A DNA stretch of 64,000 bases, taken from positions 29,813 through 93,812 of the forward strand of contig JAJZAK010000003.1 of assembly GCA_021799485.1 (NCBI GenBank), given 5' to 3'. Under the pieces are notes generated by a model. The model was not told where the DNA came from and did no database searches. It worked only from the letters and a program-made list of their open reading frames with translations. Origin of the DNA: a bacterium (lineage in GTDB: Bacteria > Elusimicrobiota > Elusimicrobia > UBA1565 > UBA9628). Numbering within the stretch: the first letter of the stretch is position 1; each line of letters begins with the position of its first letter. The position numbers and the translations under genes were made by a program. Below are positions 60,837 to 64,000 of the stretch, piece after piece.

Positions 60837-61801
60837 GTCTTTAGAATCTTTTGGGATACGGCGGCCACGAAGGGCGTCTTTTCGCTGAAGTCCGCGGCAA
60901 GCCGCATCTCCCGGCGCGCATCGATGAGATGTCCGAGGCTTTGATCCGCCATGGCGGCGACCCAGTGGGCCAGGGAGTCGCGCGGATCCGTTTTGAGGAG
61001 TTTCCGCGCTTCCTGGAGGGCCTCGGGCGCCTTGTGGGCTTCGAGAAGCCAGAGACCCAGGGCCCGGCCGAGGGCGGGGCTCGCGTTCGGGCGCTCGCGC
61101 GCTTCCTTCAGGGCGGCGATGGCCGCATCGAGGCGGCCTTGGGAGCGCTGGATGAGAGCCAAGTCGAGGTACGCGGCGGCGTCCTGGCGAAGAGACAGGG
61201 CCTTTTCAACGGCGGTTTTCGCCTCGTCCCATCGTCCTGAGTCCGAGAGAGTCTCGGCGTAGAGCCTCCAGACATCGGGGTTTCGAGCCTGCGAGGAGTC
61301 TTCGAGGGCGAGACGGTAGTTGCCGGCGCTGCGGTCGTAATATCCCAGGGCCTGCTGCGTCCTCGCCAGCCCCAGGCGCGCCTGGGGGGAGGCGGGATCC
61401 TTTCTGAGGATGCCTTCAAAAACGGCCTGGGCCTGCTTCGGGAGATCCGAGCCGCGCAGAAGCTCGGCGAAGCCGAGTTGAAGCCTTTGATCGCGGGGGT
61501 AGAGCTTGGTGGCGAGCTCGAAGACGCTCAGCGCCCGGGAGAAGCGGCCCATCTCCGCCAAGCTTTCAGCTCGAAGCCATTGCGCCTTGGCGGCGTTCTT
61601 GGTTTTAAGCTTGGCGATGAATTGGGGAGTGACGATCTTGATAACTTCGTCGTAGTTCTTCGCGGCGAAAAGGGCGGAAACTTCTTTCAAGGGGTCCCTC
61701 GCGCGCAGCGTCCAGAACGCGGCGGCCGGGGAGGCTTGGAGCAGTAGAAGAATCGCCGCGGCCGCCTCCAACCCCCGCAGGCCGACGAGAGGAGCCCGCA
61801 T
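60821..61801 (-). CDS. Exported tetratricopeptide-repeat protein
   Basis: Signal peptide (AAAILLLLQASPAAA); repeated A..LG..A..Y..AL..P helical hairpins. Confidence 0.8.
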   Translation of the reverse strand: MRAPLVGLRGLEAAAAILLLLQASPAAAFWTLRARDPLKEVSALFAAKNYDEVIKIVTPQFIAKLKTKNAAKAQWLRAESLAEMGRFSRALSVFELATKLYPRDQRLQLGFAELLRGSDLPKQAQAVFEGILRKDPASPQARLGLARTQQALGYYDRSAGNYRLALEDSSQARNPDVWRLYAETLSDSGRWDEAKTAVEKALSLRQDAAAYLDLALIQRSQGRLDAAIAALKEARERPNASPALGRALGLWLLEAHKAPEALQEARKLLKTDPRDSLAHWVAAMADQSLGHLIDARREMRLAADFSEKTPFVAAVSQKILKTWGDR

Positions 61802-61802
61802 T

Positions 61803-62807
61803 CTATTTCCTGACGATCTCGGCCGCGGCCGTCGATGGGCCGGGTGTCTTCAAGAGCCATGGCAAAGACGACAGGATGAGCCTCTCCTCGGCGGCTGGAA
61901 GACGCTGCTGGGCCGCGACGATGCCGGCGTCGATCGCCTCGGGAATCTTGGATGTGTCGTAGAAGGGGATGGCTCCCACGGCGGGCTCGATGACAAAGTT
62001 CGCTTCCCGGCTCTGCTCTCGCGCGAGGATCGAGCCTCGTATGTCGAGAACCTGCTGAAGGCCCTGGAGGGCGGTGCGAGGGCGTGATCGGGTGAAATCG
62101 CTCAAAGTGACGCTCGCCAGGACCCACTGGGCGCCGAGCAGCTTCGCGGCGTCCACGGGGACGTCGTCGATGACGCCGCCGTCCACGAGGAAGCGCTGCC
62201 GGTATTCGACCGGCTCAATGATGCCGGGCAGGCTCGAGCTCGCTCGAACGGCTCTTGAGACGGGGCCGTCGCGAAAGACGATCTTCTCGCCCGAGTCGAG
62301 GTCCATCGCGACGCAGGCGAAGGGCTTGGCGAGTTCCTCGAAGCGCCTGGGGCCGAACTCCCGGATCAGAGCCTCCTCGGTTTTCCGGTTGGTCAATGGT
62401 TTTTGCCCCAGGACGAGCCGCAGCAGGCTCATGGCGCCCCAATTCGTGCCGATCTCGGGGGTTATGGAGCGCATGATCTTCCGCAGCCGTCTCGGCGGGT
62501 CCCCCGCCGCGTAGAGAGCTCCGATGATGGCTCCCATGGACGTCCCGGCGACGACGTCGATCGGAAATCGAGCCCGGGTCAGCACCGTGAGCACTCCCGT
62601 ATGGGCGGCGGCCCGCGCCGCGCCTCCGGAGAGAGCCAGGCCCACGACGGGGCGGCGGCCCTTGGGAAGAGCCGTGAGCTGCGACCATAGATGATCGCGA
62701 AGAAGCCCGTCCGAGGACATATCGGGCTGGGCCGGGGCGGAGACGGCCATGGCGGCGAAAGCGGCTGCGGCGGCAAAGGCGGACCGACGCCGATGGAAGG
62801 CGCTCAT
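61803..62807 (-). CDS. Exported patatin-like phospholipase
   Basis: LALSGGAAR, GTSMG nucleophile elbow, DGG; N-terminal signal. Confidence 0.9.
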   Translation of the reverse strand: MSAFHRRRSAFAAAAAFAAMAVSAPAQPDMSSDGLLRDHLWSQLTALPKGRRPVVGLALSGGAARAAAHTGVLTVLTRARFPIDVVAGTSMGAIIGALYAAGDPPRRLRKIMRSITPEIGTNWGAMSLLRLVLGQKPLTNRKTEEALIREFGPRRFEELAKPFACVAMDLDSGEKIVFRDGPVSRAVRASSSLPGIIEPVEYRQRFLVDGGVIDDVPVDAAKLLGAQWVLASVTLSDFTRSRPRTALQGLQQVLDIRGSILAREQSREANFVIEPAVGAIPFYDTSKIPEAIDAGIVAAQQRLPAAEERLILSSLPWLLKTPGPSTAAAEIVRK

Positions 62808-64000
62808 TGAATATCCCGGCCGACGGCCCGCACAAGCTCCGCCCGTGCCGTCGCCGCCGACGCCAGAGCGTCAAGAAGGGAGAATTTAAGATCGAGGAGG
62901 CTCTCCAGGGCCTTAAGCCTGCGAAGGGTTCCGAGCTTTGGCGCGAGGGCGCGCAGGGACGAGGAAATCTCCTCGTAGCGCGCGTGTATTCGCGGGGCCT
63001 CTTTTTGCCAATAGGAGACGCTCTCGTGGGCGTTGCGGACCTCGAGGCGGACTTGGTCCTCGAGCTCCGAACGCTTGAGATCCCCCTGCCGCTGCTCGGC
63101 TTGTTTCTGGCTGAGCTGGCTCAGGTAGTCGTAGGCGATGGGGATCTTGACGCCCAAGGTCGCGTCCCAGTTCGTCTGGGTAATAGCCTGAATTTGGTTG
63201 GATTGATTGACGACGCCGTAATCGCCGTCTAGAAAGACGGTGGGGATGCGCCGGGCCTGGGCGAGATTGACCGAGATGGCGTCCATTTGAGCTTTGTAGC
63301 CTTCGGCCTGAAGTTCCGGACGGAATTCGAGCGCCCAGAGAAGGGCCTTGTTGATCTCGGGAGGGGCGGGAGTTTCCCGCAGGCGGCCCTTGATCTCGAA
63401 GGGGGTGTCAAGCTCGAGGTTGAGGACCTTGAGAAAAGAGAGGCGCGCCAGACGTTCCTGGTGGGCGGCGGCGGAGGCCTTTTCGCTCAGGCGCTCGACG
63501 ATCCCTTCCGCGTCAATTTTGTCCACGGGCCCCATCATCGCGCGCTTGCCGATGGTCTCCGCCTCCTTCAGGGCGTTCTGCGCCGCGGTGGTTTTCTCCT
63601 CGAGAGCCAACAGCCCGTAAAAGCCCCTGCGCACGGCAAGAACGATGTCTCGGCGGGAGGACTCGAGCCTGGTCTTGGCCTGCTTGAGGGCCGCTTGGGC
63701 GAGCTTCAAGGTGTTGAGAGTCCGGCCGCCTTCATAGAGGGACATATGGAGGTATCCCATCCCGGCGAAAAGGGCGTCCGAGCTCCCATAGGCGGAGTTC
63801 CTGGGAAACAGAAGCAGGCTCCCGGATTCGGCGGAGGTGGCAAAGGGATACTGGGAGGAATAGCTGGTGGCCGCGCCGCGCATGCCCAACTCCGGCAGGA
63901 AAAGATACTTGGCCTGCTTGACGCGTTCCTCGGCGATCAACTCGTCTTGTTCGGCCGAAAGGAGCTTGGAGTCGTTGAGGAGGGCGAGCTTCTCGGCTTC
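62804..64000 (-). CDS. TolC-family outer-membrane efflux protein, 5' end beyond window
   Basis: Frame open to base 64000 (EAEKLALLND..); two OEP-like repeats (LPEL..LYEGG; RPEL..PTV..IP), ends ELVRAVG. Confidence 0.8.
   Translation of the reverse strand, partial: EAEKLALLNDSKLLSAEQDELIAEERVKQAKYLFLPELGMRGAATSYSSQYPFATSAESGSLLLFPRNSAYGSSDALFAGMGYLHMSLYEGGRTLNTLKLAQAALKQAKTRLESSRRDIVLAVRRGFYGLLALEEKTTAAQNALKEAETIGKRAMMGPVDKIDAEGIVERLSEKASAAAHQERLARLSFLKVLNLELDTPFEIKGRLRETPAPPEINKALLWALEFRPELQAEGYKAQMDAISVNLAQARRIPTVFLDGDYGVVNQSNQIQAITQTNWDATLGVKIPIAYDYLSQLSQKQAEQRQGDLKRSELEDQVRLEVRNAHESVSYWQKEAPRIHARYEEISSSLRALAPKLGTLRRLKALESLLDLKFSLLDALASAATARAELVRAVGRDIQ

Overview
GC-rich (~65%, by eye) bacterial core-genome window. 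16S signatures (GCGGTAA-GACGTAG, GGAATTACTAGGCGTAAAG, covaried h4/h12-13 changes) and protein style suggest Elusimicrobiota; this is inference, not a database result. Left to right: end of a complex I cluster (nuoD, fused nuoEF, short nuoG, nuoH, nuoI); an operon of B12-binding radical SAM, diadenylate cyclase and DHH phosphoesterase; an AAA_14/DUF4143-type ATPase behind a perfect 16-bp palindrome; an rRNA operon (16S-tRNA-Ile-tRNA-Ala-23S-5S); a start-less beta-barrel gene; then an almost gap-free ~42 kb run (rplJL-rpoBC-str-S10-spc-alpha-mreBCD-mrdA-rodA-rng-amidase-murI-orf-rho-ridA-GT-C) converging on a minus-strand TolC-patatin-TPR-dapF-dapA operon. No CRISPR, transposase or prophage seen. 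Main oddities: a Rho without its primary RNA-binding domain, extreme G-ending codon bias confined to tuf, a short palindromic repeat inside coding tails, a ~100 aa RpoB insertion, a U-A swap of the 23S 2589-2605 pair, no rpmD, and the rrn-to-rplJ junction.
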